A stretch of 64,000 nt of DNA from an uncultured delta proteobacterium (GCA_963743305.1 CAVUPH010000006.1:1-64000); one strand, 5' to 3'; shown: positions 10,356-21,147, counted from the stretch's first letter. Numbers and translations are program-made. Notes: a model not told the origin generated them from the letters alone.

Positions 10356-12332
10356 TCATAGTCTGAAATCGCCCTTAACAAAGCACATTCCCCTGCCCCT
10401 CGATGCGCTGTTCTTTGCCCAGGTAGCCGGGTCAGAGTCGATTACCGCATAAGTACCCGCCGGGATAACCACTCGAGGGAAGACTTCCCAGTTGGCGTCC
10501 GGCACACCTCCCTGGCCGGGGCTGCCTTTTGCCCCCCAGGGACCGTACATCTTGCCGTTCTCGGATCGCAATCCGATGGCGCCCGGTGCCTTGCCTCGGG
10601 CATTGTTCCAGTGGTAAGTCAAGATATGTGTGACCAGGACGGGCCGCTCGGTCACGAAAGTGGCGGAACTTGTTGGACCGTTAAAAACAGCATCAATATT
10701 CATCGTATTAAGGATCTCTACGGGTTGAGATTGCTGCGTCCTGGCCGGCGTTTGGGGCGCCGCGCCGGTTCCGCTTTGAAGTGTCGGATCCGGTTCAGGC
10801 GGAGGGAGTGGAGAGGAAGGGGCTATAACTCTTAGTTTCGCATTCTCGTCTTTCTGATCCAGCGAATACTTCTGTCCGCTGGCGACCTTTAGATCGTACT
10901 TGTGGATTCTACGCTCCTTGGCCTCGGCTTTCATGTTAAAGCCCGTGTAAACAGTAGCCGGACCGTTACCCGTCCCTTCGAAAATTACCTTGAAATCCGT
11001 GTTTCTCGGATAGTTCAGCTCTGTCCAGTAGGTACCGTCCGCCAGCCTAAGGGTGTTGATGAGAACCTCGGGAATTTCCAGGCGCGCGACGCCACCGGGG
11101 AAACCGCTTACGCGCCCGCGGCCGTCCATAAGGTACACATTGAGTGGACAATGCGCCTTAAGTGTGGCCGTATTCTGGCGGTTTTTGTATTCATTCAGGG
11201 TGCGTAAATACCTTTCATTGCGGTCGGTTATACTCTTCAACGTATTTCTCAGTCCCTCCGGCTGCTTTTGCATCCATATGGTCACCTCCTCCGGGATCTT
11301 CGGCGGATCATAGGGATTTGGATAGGCGTCCGAGAAGTACTTCCCTGTATAATATTCAAGTCGTGCCCAGGGATTACGTGTCTCCCCGCTCTTTTCAAGC
11401 GGGGGGAATTTCTTCGCCCACTCGGCCACAGGGTAGGTTATCGGCGTCCCTTCGTGGTTCTGCGTCGGCCAGGGATCAAGCACCGTTCCGGTTACCCTCC
11501 AATCCGTGCCTTTGGGGTAGAGGACGACCGCCTGATGCCCGCCCATCCATCCCGCAATAGGGCCGTATTCGAATCCTTCCTGGCCAAATCCTTCAAACAG
11601 TGCTTTTTCTTTCGGGTTACTGCTAGATTGAAGTTTGCCCAGCAAGGTGAGGATTTTACTCTGATACCCTCCACATTTGCATTCATCATATCGTGGATCC
11701 CCTGTGTTATCCGCCCATAAATTGTTTATGGGTCCTGTTGCCGCTATCCCCACCGGCATGGCGGCTTTGTAGCGTCTGAGAATCTCTTTCATCCTCGCTA
11801 CCGGAGACTGGGGACCCCGGTTCTGGTCGGGGTCTGCCGGTGGGGCTGTCTGTCCGTGGGTATCCCAGGATCCCCTGACCACCACACCCCGCGTGCCGGC
11901 ATTATAGTGACCCGTCATGACAATGGAGACACCGCCCGTTTTTGCGTTTTTGGGGATGGGCACGCGAACATCGAACGTCTGGGGCTTGTTCGGCTCGACC
12001 TTATACGTCTTGGATTCCGCTTTGCCGCCGGCGGACACCCCCACGACGACATCCGCGTAGTATCCCGCATTGCCTATCAGCGTCCCACTGATGGCCAAAT
12101 CCCCGGAACCCGCGAATCCCGTGATCGTCAGGGTGCGCGTCCAGGTGAAGCCGGGAACGTCTGCGAATTTAGTCACATTCGCGCCGTTTATTTTATAGGT
12201 AACCTGCAATCCGTTGAAGGGGTCCTTCGGGAAAGTGCCTTCAGACTGAGCGTATCCATCCCCCGCACAAAGAATTGTTATAAGTGCCATTGCGAACAGA
12301 CTGCCCACTGCCGTGCGAAACGAAATTAGCAT
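10356..12332 (-). CDS. Secreted multidomain protein with a putative papain/transglutaminase-like Cys-His-Asp domain
   Basis: Signal peptide; CKCGGYQ..GGHQAVVLY..VLDPW; Pro-rich linkers; C-terminal TYHWN..GPW..GQGGVP domain. Confidence 0.7.
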   Translation of the reverse strand: MLISFRTAVGSLFAMALITILCAGDGYAQSEGTFPKDPFNGLQVTYKINGANVTKFADVPGFTWTRTLTITGFAGSGDLAISGTLIGNAGYYADVVVGVSAGGKAESKTYKVEPNKPQTFDVRVPIPKNAKTGGVSIVMTGHYNAGTRGVVVRGSWDTHGQTAPPADPDQNRGPQSPVARMKEILRRYKAAMPVGIAATGPINNLWADNTGDPRYDECKCGGYQSKILTLLGKLQSSSNPKEKALFEGFGQEGFEYGPIAGWMGGHQAVVLYPKGTDWRVTGTVLDPWPTQNHEGTPITYPVAEWAKKFPPLEKSGETRNPWARLEYYTGKYFSDAYPNPYDPPKIPEEVTIWMQKQPEGLRNTLKSITDRNERYLRTLNEYKNRQNTATLKAHCPLNVYLMDGRGRVSGFPGGVARLEIPEVLINTLRLADGTYWTELNYPRNTDFKVIFEGTGNGPATVYTGFNMKAEAKERRIHKYDLKVASGQKYSLDQKDENAKLRVIAPSSPLPPPEPDPTLQSGTGAAPQTPARTQQSQPVEILNTMNIDAVFNGPTSSATFVTERPVLVTHILTYHWNNARGKAPGAIGLRSENGKMYGPWGAKGSPGQGGVPDANWEVFPRVVIPAGTYAVIDSDPATWAKNSASRGRGMCFVKGDFRL

Positions 12333-12515
12333 GATTCGGACCCCCGGATGCTCTTGCAACCTTTTGAAATTTTAATAAGAATTACTTTATAGGGGCGCGA
12401 GTATAGAGGAAGCCCCAAGAGGCGTCAAGGAGAAAAGACAAACCGAACTTGACAACTCATAGCCGTGAGACCACAATTGACTTATAATGTCTGAAATTCG
12501 CAAGACTGAGGACAG

Positions 12516-13580
12516 ATGAAACAGAAGGGAATCGATTTAAGATCCGATAAATCGGCTGCTCCAAGAAAATTTAACCGGACGGAGGAAAGCCCGGAATGGG
12601 TCAAAAATCTGTCCCGCTACGACAATCCCAATCTGGGGCTGGCGATTGAACAAATGGTCGGCACGTTTGTACCCTACTTTTTACTGCTCTTGCTGATATG
12701 GGTGACCATCAGACTGGGCGTCTCCTACTGGGCCGCTTTCCTGCTGGCTTTGATTGCCGTTCCCTTCTATATCCGGATCTTTATCTTTTTCCACGATTGT
12801 GGCCACGGTTCCTTTTTCCGGAACAAGAAAGCGAATACCCTCTTGGCCTATGTTTGCGGCATACTAACCTTTACGCCCTTCGAGCAATGGAGGCATGACC
12901 ACGCCCTTCATCATGCCAGCATCGCGAATCTTGACCGCCGCGGCCCCGGAGAGATAAGGATAATGACGGTAGATGAGTATCTCGGGGCTTCACGGTCGCA
13001 GCGGATCAAGTACCGCTTATATCGGAATCCCTTCATCATGTTCGGTCTCGGTTATTTTTATACATTTATCATACTATACCGGTTTCCCCATCTCGATGAC
13101 GATCCAAAAAGGCGACGAAGCGTATACTTCACAGACCTGGCCATCGCCGCTATGGTCGTTACGGCCTGGTACACCATAGGCATCAGAGAATACCTCCTAA
13201 TTCAAATGCCGATTGCCCTCATTGCCGGGACTTTTGGTGTTTGGATCTTCTATCTCCAGCATAATTTTCCGGGCACCTATTTCGTCCGCCAGAAAGAGTG
13301 GAACCATCTGACGGCTTCCTTAAGGGGCGCCTCTTACTACAAGCTCCCTCCTATCCTTCAATGGGCCACCGGAAACATCGGATTTCATCACGCCCATCAC
13401 GTGCGTCCCCGCATCCCCAACTACAACCTTCCCCAGTGCTACGCTGAAACGAAGGAATTGCACGTAAAAGGGCTTACCCTCCGTAGAAGCTTGGATGCCC
13501 TCTTCCTGAGCCTCTGGGATGAAGACAAGAAAACGCTTGTCGGTTTTCGGGATATTAAAAAGCTGAAACGGCGGTCATGA
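12516..13580 (+). CDS. des: Membrane fatty-acid desaturase (Bacillus Des-like)
   Basis: His boxes HDCGH, HDHALHH and HHAHH; TM segments; RIPNYNL. Confidence 0.9.
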   Translation: MKQKGIDLRSDKSAAPRKFNRTEESPEWVKNLSRYDNPNLGLAIEQMVGTFVPYFLLLLLIWVTIRLGVSYWAAFLLALIAVPFYIRIFIFFHDCGHGSFFRNKKANTLLAYVCGILTFTPFEQWRHDHALHHASIANLDRRGPGEIRIMTVDEYLGASRSQRIKYRLYRNPFIMFGLGYFYTFIILYRFPHLDDDPKRRRSVYFTDLAIAAMVVTAWYTIGIREYLLIQMPIALIAGTFGVWIFYLQHNFPGTYFVRQKEWNHLTASLRGASYYKLPPILQWATGNIGFHHAHHVRPRIPNYNLPQCYAETKELHVKGLTLRRSLDALFLSLWDEDKKTLVGFRDIKKLKRRS

Positions 13581-13705
13581 GTAGCGGTCAGACAACCTGC
13601 GCAAAACTGACGGAAGACCAGAAGGTACGATAACCCATTGAGTATTCAGCCAGCCCCCATCGCCATAAAAGGCGCTGAAAGACCAGCGGGCCAAGGAGAA
13701 TCTAT

Positions 13706-14553
13706 TTGAAAATCTCGCTGATCGAACTCTACCATACAACGTCCTGCCCCTGGCATACCCCCTGGAAGAGCCTTCCTGGATACCGCGGTACCGCGAAGGC
13801 ATCATCGCCCCCCTACTGCCCGAGGCCCACGGGATGCTGCAGCCCTTTACCCAACCCGGATTTGGTTTTGAAATCAACCGGAGGCTGCTCAAGAAATATA
13901 GCCGGCGGCCGTTTTCATTGAACGGATAGACCTTGGTCAGGCCAGAAGAGGTGTCCGGGCAAAATTGCGTATCTTTTTATTTTCGGGTATGATGACCCGG
14001 TAAAGTCCTGATCAGGACAAGGTCGAGGTAAGGAAGTTAAAAAAGATTAGAGACGACAAAGGTTTTTGGGAACAGGTGGAGGTTTATATCCAAAAGCATT
14101 CCCAAGCCGATTTCAGCCACGGCATCTGCCCTGAATGCCTGAAAAAGCATTTTCCCGATATGGACAGTTAGGCCAATGAACGATAAGAAAAAGGCCGATT
14201 AGCAGCTCCTTCAGGAGTTGGAAGCGCTCCGCCGGAGGATTGCCGGCTTCGAAAAATTTGGAACCCGGAACCGGCCATCACTGGATGCACTACCGGACAG
14301 GGGATTAACCATCCAGACTATCAGTAACAACCTCCTGTCGGGGATGATTTATCAGGTCATCCGGAAGAATGACGGAACCAGGATTTTTACCTAGAGGAAG
14401 ATGGGAATTTCCGCCGAGGAGATCGCCCAGTCCAACTCCCCGGGGTTGGTGGGGATGCCGGAAAGGGCTTTGATTGTCGGCGGAACCGTCGAGATCAAGG
14501 GGAAAAAAGGAAACGGGACCACGGTCAGGCTGCGCTTGCCGGTCACGACATAA
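13706..14553 (+). pseudogene. Patchwork of gene relics: enolase/mandelate-racemase fragment, Cys-motif regulator tail, PAS kinase pieces
   Basis: PSWIPRYREGII..QPGFGFEINRRLL; KKIRDDKGFWEQVEVYIQKHSQADFSHGICPEC (14040-14171); LLQELEALRRRIA; GLVGMPERA..GGTVEIKG..GTTVRLRLP. Confidence 0.6.
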
Positions 14554-14596
14554 ATAAGCGGGTCTGATCGAGACCAGCCGGATCCGCTCCGACCCA

Positions 14597-17500
14597 CTAA
14601 TCGACCAATATTTTAAGCCTCGTCAGAAACCGGCCGGCGGCCTCCAATAAATCGGGTTCCTCCCCCAGGGCCACAAGCAGCTTCCCCTCTCCTTTAAACT
14701 GATAGCTTCGGGGTTCCTGGTGAACCAATTCGATCAGGCGGTCGAGGTTCCAGTCCCCCTGGGGTGAAAAGACCAGGGCCATCTCCCGGTCCAATAATTC
14801 CAGCCGCTGGATGCCCAGGGGTTTCATTTTGATTTTGAGAGAAATGATCTTCAGTAGATTATCCAACTCCGGGGGGATGGGACCGAAACGATCCTTTAAT
14901 TCCCCGGCGATTTCCATCAGTCGATCTTCATCCGGGGTGGACCCCAGACGCTTGTAGACGGAAAGCCGTTGACCGGTAGCGGGGATATAGGACTCCGGAA
15001 TCAGGGCCGCGGCCCGAACCCGGACTTCGGGCTCCCAGTCCGCCTCGATCTTTTCCCCCTTTAACCCGTTAATGGCCTGCTCCAGCATCTCGATATAAAA
15101 TTCATACCCCACGGCGGCAATATGCCCGGACTGGCTGGTGCCCAGGAGGTTGCCGCCCCCGCGGATCTGCAGGTCGTGGAGGGCGATTTTAAAACCGGCC
15201 CCCAGTTCACTGAAGTCCATGAGGACCTTCAGCCGCTTCTGGGCATCGCGGGTGAGGGTGCTTTCCCCGGAGATAAGCAGATAGGCATAGGCCCGCTCCC
15301 GGGAGCGTCCCACCCGCCCCCGGAGCTGATACATCTGAGCCAGCCCCAGTCGGTCCGCCTGGTTGATGATAATGGTGTTGGCGCTGGGGATGTCCAACCC
15401 GGACTCAATAATGGTGGTGCAAACCAGCAGGTCGAGCTCCCGGTGGACGAATTGCAGCATCACCCGCTCCAGCTCATGGGCCGGCAATTGTCCATGGGCC
15501 ACCCCGATACGGGCCTGAGGGAGGATTTTTCGCAGGTAAAAGGCCATGGCCTGGATGTTGTGGACCCGGTTATGGACGAAAAAAACCTGCCCGCCCCGCT
15601 GCAATTCCCGCTGCACGGCCTCGACGATCTTGTCTTCTTCGAAGCGGACGATGTAGGTCCGGATGGACTGTCGTTCTTCGGGCGGGGTTTCGATGGTACT
15701 CAGGTCCCGGATCCCGGAGAGGGAGAGGTGCAGGGTCCGGGGTATGGGGGTGGCGGTCAAGGTCAGGGAATCCACCTGCGTTCGCAGGGTCTTGAGCCGC
15801 TCCTTGTGGGTCACCCCGAATCGCTGCTCTTCGTCCACGATGATTAAACCCAGGTCCCGGAACTGAAGGTCTTTTTGCAGCAGGCGGTGCGTGCCCACCA
15901 CCACATCGACCTTCCCGGCGGCCAGATCCGCCAGGGTCTCCTTCTGCTCCTTGGAAGATTTGAATCGACTTAAAATCCTCACTTCCAAGGGATAACCCTC
16001 AAAGCGCCGCACCATGGTTTGATAGTGCTGCTCCGCCAAAACCGTGGTCGGGACCAGGAAGGCCACCTGTTTGCCGTCCATGGCGGTCTTGAAGGCCGCC
16101 CGGAGGGCCACTTCGGTCTTACCGTACCCCACGTCCCCGCAGACCAGGCGGTCCATGGGTTTTTCCGCCTCCATGTCCGAGAGGACGTCTTCGATGGCTC
16201 GGAGCTGGTCCGGGGTTTCCTCGTAGGGAAAGCCGGCTTCGAATTCCTTGAATAACTGGTCCCGCGGAGAAAAGGCAAAGCCCTTGGTCAGAGACCGGCG
16301 GGCATACAAGTCGAGCAGTTCCTGGGCGATTTTTTCCACCGCCTTTTTGACCCGGGACTTGGCCTTGTTCCAGGACAACCCCCCCAAGCGATCCAGCCGG
16401 GGAACCTGTCCTTCCAATCCTAAAAATTTGTGGATCCCCTGCAGCCGGTCCACCGGCAAGTAGAGCTTATCTCCTTCGGCGTACGACAGGAAAAGGAATT
16501 CTCCTTCCAGGCCGTCGATCGTGAACCGCTGTAGACCCTGATAACTGGCGACACCGTGTTCCCGATGCACCACCAGGTCCCCCACCTGGAGATCGTCCAG
16601 GGAGCTGATATAGGCCTGGATGTTTTCCGCCTGCCCTTTTCTTCGCACCTCTTTTTTTAGCTCGAAGATCTCTTCTTCGGTGATGACCACCAGAGGCGGG
16701 ACCTGAAGGCGGAACCCGGCGGACAACCTCCCGGTGACCAGGTACAGACCCGTCCCCTGGCAGCCGAAATTTACTTTTTGTTCGGAGATCACCTGGGCCT
16801 TCATCTGGTAAAAAGAAAGGATATCCCGGAGACGGCGGGCCTGATGATCCTGGGAAACCACCAGCCAGATTTCCTGGCCCAATTCCAACCAGCCCGTGAT
16901 CAAGCGGGACATTTCAGCCCACGATTCCCGGGAAGTGGACTGGCCCCGGATGATTTGCCGGACATCCTGGTTTTCAACGGCCGGCAAATGCCAGATTCGG
17001 CCCTCCTCCTCGGCTCCGCCTTCCAGAGCCAGGTCTTCCAGGAGCAAATAATCCCGGCCGGCAAATTTCCGAAAGAACGTTTCCCAGGGCTCATCGCTGA
17101 CGGTCTCCCAGCTTCGCTGTAAGGACAGGGAACCGTTCCAAATCCAGAGGGTATTGGCCGGGAGATAATCGTGAACGGTCCCGGCCGGCTCATAAAACCA
17201 GTCCAGCCAACGCTCGACCCCGCCTGCCGGCAGGCCTTCTTCCAAACGGTGCCTCAGCCAGTTGGCCTCTTTTTCCGATAGGGCCTCCGCGGCCTGGGCC
17301 GCGGCCAGCCGCGCCTGGGCCTTGGCCAGCCTTTCGGGCGCCACGATCACTTCGCTGATCGGCAGCAGGTACAACTCCGGGAGGTCCCGGAGGGACCGTT
17401 GGGTGGCCGGGTTGAACTCCCGGATGGACTCCACCAGGTCGCCGAAAAATTCGATCCGTACCGGGTTGGCATAAAGGGGCGGATAGACGTCCAGGATCCC

Positions 17501-18085
17501 CCCGCGGACGCTGAAATCCCCCGGCTCCTCGACCAGGGGCGTCGAGGCGTATCCCCAGAAGACCAGTTGCGCCAGGACTTTTTCCCGATCCGCCTCTTCG
17601 CCTCTGGCCAGGTAATCCACATTTTCGGAAAGGACCTCTCTGGGAATCACCGGGCTCAGCAAGGCCTCCAGGGAGGTCACGCCCAGGGCCTGCCCCGGGT
17701 GCGTCAGCAGGGCGTAGAGACAGCCCAGTCGTTGGGCGGCCAGGTCTGTTTGGGGGACAAATTCCCGAAAATCGGCCTTTTCGTAGGCCGGGAAAAGGAT
17801 CGGGGCATCGGAAAGCAGGTGAGCCCCCTCCAGAAGTTGACGTTGGGTAAAAAACAGGAGGTCCTGGTAGAAGGATGAAGCCGTCCGGGCGTCGGGGCAG
17901 ATCACCATTACCGGCCGCTGACTGCCGGACCGGATTTGAGCGGTGGCGTAGGGCCCGGCCGAACCTTGCAGGCCCCGCAACCGCGCCGGGAGCTGCCCGC
18001 CGCGAATAGCCTGGATCAGCCTTTCCAGGGCATCACCCGCCCGGCTTAAGCGGGCCACCTCATCTTCCCAGAAGGTTTCATTCAT
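14597..18085 (-). CDS. mfd: Transcription-repair coupling factor
   Basis: UvrB-like FSVRGGILDVYP, CarD-like VVHREHGVA, GDVGYGKT, DEEQRFG, QLRGRVGR, TRCF C-terminus; 1162 aa. Confidence 0.98.
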   Translation of the reverse strand: MNETFWEDEVARLSRAGDALERLIQAIRGGQLPARLRGLQGSAGPYATAQIRSGSQRPVMVICPDARTASSFYQDLLFFTQRQLLEGAHLLSDAPILFPAYEKADFREFVPQTDLAAQRLGCLYALLTHPGQALGVTSLEALLSPVIPREVLSENVDYLARGEEADREKVLAQLVFWGYASTPLVEEPGDFSVRGGILDVYPPLYANPVRIEFFGDLVESIREFNPATQRSLRDLPELYLLPISEVIVAPERLAKAQARLAAAQAAEALSEKEANWLRHRLEEGLPAGGVERWLDWFYEPAGTVHDYLPANTLWIWNGSLSLQRSWETVSDEPWETFFRKFAGRDYLLLEDLALEGGAEEEGRIWHLPAVENQDVRQIIRGQSTSRESWAEMSRLITGWLELGQEIWLVVSQDHQARRLRDILSFYQMKAQVISEQKVNFGCQGTGLYLVTGRLSAGFRLQVPPLVVITEEEIFELKKEVRRKGQAENIQAYISSLDDLQVGDLVVHREHGVASYQGLQRFTIDGLEGEFLFLSYAEGDKLYLPVDRLQGIHKFLGLEGQVPRLDRLGGLSWNKAKSRVKKAVEKIAQELLDLYARRSLTKGFAFSPRDQLFKEFEAGFPYEETPDQLRAIEDVLSDMEAEKPMDRLVCGDVGYGKTEVALRAAFKTAMDGKQVAFLVPTTVLAEQHYQTMVRRFEGYPLEVRILSRFKSSKEQKETLADLAAGKVDVVVGTHRLLQKDLQFRDLGLIIVDEEQRFGVTHKERLKTLRTQVDSLTLTATPIPRTLHLSLSGIRDLSTIETPPEERQSIRTYIVRFEEDKIVEAVQRELQRGGQVFFVHNRVHNIQAMAFYLRKILPQARIGVAHGQLPAHELERVMLQFVHRELDLLVCTTIIESGLDIPSANTIIINQADRLGLAQMYQLRGRVGRSRERAYAYLLISGESTLTRDAQKRLKVLMDFSELGAGFKIALHDLQIRGGGNLLGTSQSGHIAAVGYEFYIEMLEQAINGLKGEKIEADWEPEVRVRAAALIPESYIPATGQRLSVYKRLGSTPDEDRLMEIAGELKDRFGPIPPELDNLLKIISLKIKMKPLGIQRLELLDREMALVFSPQGDWNLDRLIELVHQEPRSYQFKGEGKLLVALGEEPDLLEAAGRFLTRLKILVD

Positions 18086-18134
18086 CGTGTTTCTTATTTA
18101 AAGCAGTTTGGAAAAAGATGCAAGGACTACGGCG

Positions 18135-18165
18135 GTCAGGAGTCAGGACTCAGAAGTCAGGAGTC
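18135..18165. repeat. Heptamer tandem repeat (GTCAGGA) x about 4.4
   Basis: gtcagga gtcagga ctcagaa gtcagga gtc, intergenic. Confidence 0.7.
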
Positions 18166-18307
18166 GAAATAATTACGCTAAGGATCCCAAAAGACATTTC
18201 TTTTTGCGAACACCTCGCTTGGTGTTCTGAGCTATTTACACTTTCCTTAAACCTATGTTATGCTTTATAAATAGAAAGCGCTACTAAACCGGTAGGTGGA
18301 GGGAACC

Positions 18308-19577
18308 ATGCTGACCGCTAATCGAGATCTGATGCAGCAGGCCCGGGAAGCCCTGAAAGGGAAATGGGGCTTGGCCGTGGTTGGAAATTTGATCTATCTG
18401 GCCCTGATGTCCGTGGGACAGTTCATCCCGCTGGTTGGGCATTTCTCTACCCTGATCATCGGCGGCCCCCTGCTGCTGGGAGTTACTTACTTCTTCCTGG
18501 CCCTGTCGAGAAAACAGGAGGCCGCGTTATCTCAGATCTTTGACGGCCTGCAACGGTTCGTGGATGCTCTGATCACCTACCTTTTGATGGCCTTATTCAT
18601 TCTTCTCTGGTCCCTGCTGTTCATCATCCCCGGAATCATGGCCGCCCTGTCCTACGCCTTGACCTTTTTCCTCATGGCGGAAAATCCGGGATTGAAAGGA
18701 AAGGAGGCCCTAGCAGAGAAGCAAAACCTTGATGAACGGCAACCGCTGGAAGCTCTTCTGCCTCTTTCTGCGTTTTTTCGGCTGGTTCCTGCTGGGGGCT
18801 TTGACCATGGGCATCGGTTTTTTGTGGATCATGCCTTATCTACAGACCGCCGTGGCCCGCTTTTACGACGACCTTCTGGGAAATAGCGCTTCGGGCGCCG
18901 AGGCGGGGACCCGGTCCGGACCGCCGGTCGCACCGCCTCCCCCGCAACGGCCCTCGGCACCGGCCAAAGCGCCCCAACCGGCCAAACCCGCCAGGCCCCC
19001 TGAACCTCCGAAACCGGTCTATCACCCCAGGGCGCCCCTGTGCCTCAGTTGCCATACCCCGATCCCGGATCCGGAGGCGAAATTCTGCCCGGCTTGCGGG
19101 TTTCCCGTGATGGAAATCCCTGCGCCGCCACGGACGCCTTCATCCGCCGTCCAGACCCCCCAACCCGCGTACAGCCCGCCCGCTTCCCGTCCTGCCCCCC
19201 CTCCCCTTCCGCAAGAAACTCCCCGGCCGACCCCGGGGTCCCCGCCTCGCCCCCTGGATCTGGAGGCCACTCTTATGGTCGGCCCCCCCCAACTTATTTC
19301 GATGTCCCCGGCCGGGCAAAAAGAATTCTATGACCTGCGTCTCCCGGTGGTAAAAATCGGTCGCGCGGGCGACAACCACCTGGCTTTCCCCCAGGAAAAG
19401 ACCATTTCGGGACATCACTGCGAGATTTTCCGGGAGGGAAAAAATTTCTTTATCCGGGATCTGGGCAGCACCAACGGGGTATTGGTAAACGGCCAAAAGG
19501 TGGATTCCGCACCACTGAAGGAAGGGGATGAAATCAAACTGGGGAACAAAAGCTTTTCTTTTACCCGGTCCGGATAA
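18308..19577 (+). CDS. DUF975 membrane protein fused to a Pro-rich linker, zinc ribbon and FHA domain (frameshift near 18715)
   Basis: AREALKGKWG, LWSLLFIIPG, MNGNRWKLF, LWIMPY (DUF975); CLSC..CPAC; IGR..SGHH..DLGSTNG (FHA). Confidence 0.85.
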
Positions 19578-21135
19578 TTTCCAGCATCCGGTCGAGGCGG
19601 AAGGTCCGCTGGCCCTTCCGCTCATAACAGTAGGCCCGCAGGCCCTCAAAGGCCTTTCCCTGGTACTCCATCGGCCCGAAGGCTTCCGGACGGATGCGGC
19701 GCCGGGATTTGGTGTCGTCCGGTTTCAGATAAACAATATCGAGATCCCCTTTTTGCGCAATCGCCTCTCTGACCAGGAGCACCTTTTCCTGGTGGGACAG
19801 CTTTTCCTCGGCCTTTTGATATTGAAAACGCGTTAGGAAATTCACTACCCGATAATCCATCAGGATATGCTGTTTTCGGATGGGTTGGCTGAGAACTAAC
19901 CCCTCAAGCCCGGTACAGCGGCTCAAGGCCACATAAATCTGGCCGTGGGCAAAGGTGCCGCGACCGATGTCGATGACCACTTTGGCGAAGGTCTTCCCCT
20001 GGCTCTTATGAATGGTAATGGCCCAGGCCAGTTTAAGGGGATATTGAGTAAAGGATCCCACCGGCTCTGAAAATATCTTTTTAGCCTCCGGATCATAGTC
20101 AAAACGAAAAATCTGCCAGCGGAAGGGGGTTACCTCCACCCGCCGGCCGCTGGACAATTCCACTTCGATACGATCTTCCCCGTCGGCCTGGCGATGAATT
20201 TTAACAATCCGGCCGATCGAGCCGTTGACCCAACGGCCCAGGGAGTCGTTGTTCAGAAGCATGACCTGGGCCCCCCGCTTCACTTCGAGGTGCTCGTCGG
20301 TTGGATAGGCGGAGCGTTCAAAATCCCCCTGGGCCGTAGCCTCATAGGTATAAAATTGGCCGGGCAGACGGCCCAGCTTTTCCCGGTTTCGCGTCAGGGC
20401 CTGATCGTTGGTGCTGGTCAGGTAAATATAAAATTCGTTTTCCGGGGGGACAAAGGCCGGGTTGCAGTTACGATTCAGACGAGTCAAGTCCTCCTCATTG
20501 GCCGAGCGGTTGCGGATGGCATTCAACAAACCGATGAAGTCGGCATCGGTCTGCCGGTAAATTTTCTCCAGTTCCACCAGTTCCAGGTTGAACTCCGGGT
20601 CATTCAAAATATGGGCGGAAAAGAAGTAGGGCGTCTCATAGTGAAGGCTGAAGACGGTTTTTTCCGCCGAGGTGAGGACCGGAGGAAGCTGATACAGATC
20701 GCCGATTAGAATCATCTGAAGTCCCCCGAACGGCTGGGAGGACCGGGGCCCGTTGAGACGCAAGAATTTTTCCACGCAATCCAGGAGATCGGCCCGGACC
20801 ATGGAGATCTCGTCGATTACCAGCGTGTCCAGATTTCGAAGGAGAACCGCCCGGGGACTGTCCTTGCGGGCAATTTTTTTGACGTTTTCCAGAGAAATAT
20901 TCGGTTTGAATCCGCAGAACGAATGGATGGTCTGGCCCTGAACGTTGAGGGCGGCCACTCCGGTGGGCGCCAGCACGGCCACTTTCTTTTTCGTGGTTCT
21001 CCGGAAATAATCAAGCAGGGTGGATTTGCCCGTTCCCGCCTTGCCGGTGATGAAGACCTGCCGCCGGGTCTTCTCCATCAGGTCCAGGGCCCGTTGAAAT
21101 TGCTCGTTGATCTCTACGGATTTAGTCTTAGCCAT
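19561..21135 (-). CDS. Pif1/RecD-like SF1B helicase with C-terminal WYL domain
   Basis: GKAGTGKS, IDEISM, GDLYQLPP, AITIHKSQG and YVALSR motifs; WYL tail RAYCYERKGQRTFRLDRM. Confidence 0.9.
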   Translation of the reverse strand: MAKTKSVEINEQFQRALDLMEKTRRQVFITGKAGTGKSTLLDYFRRTTKKKVAVLAPTGVAALNVQGQTIHSFCGFKPNISLENVKKIARKDSPRAVLLRNLDTLVIDEISMVRADLLDCVEKFLRLNGPRSSQPFGGLQMILIGDLYQLPPVLTSAEKTVFSLHYETPYFFSAHILNDPEFNLELVELEKIYRQTDADFIGLLNAIRNRSANEEDLTRLNRNCNPAFVPPENEFYIYLTSTNDQALTRNREKLGRLPGQFYTYEATAQGDFERSAYPTDEHLEVKRGAQVMLLNNDSLGRWVNGSIGRIVKIHRQADGEDRIEVELSSGRRVEVTPFRWQIFRFDYDPEAKKIFSEPVGSFTQYPLKLAWAITIHKSQGKTFAKVVIDIGRGTFAHGQIYVALSRCTGLEGLVLSQPIRKQHILMDYRVVNFLTRFQYQKAEEKLSHQEKVLLVREAIAQKGDLDIVYLKPDDTKSRRRIRPEAFGPMEYQGKAFEGLRAYCYERKGQRTFRLDRMLEIIRTG

Positions 21136-21147
21136 ACTTTTATGGTT

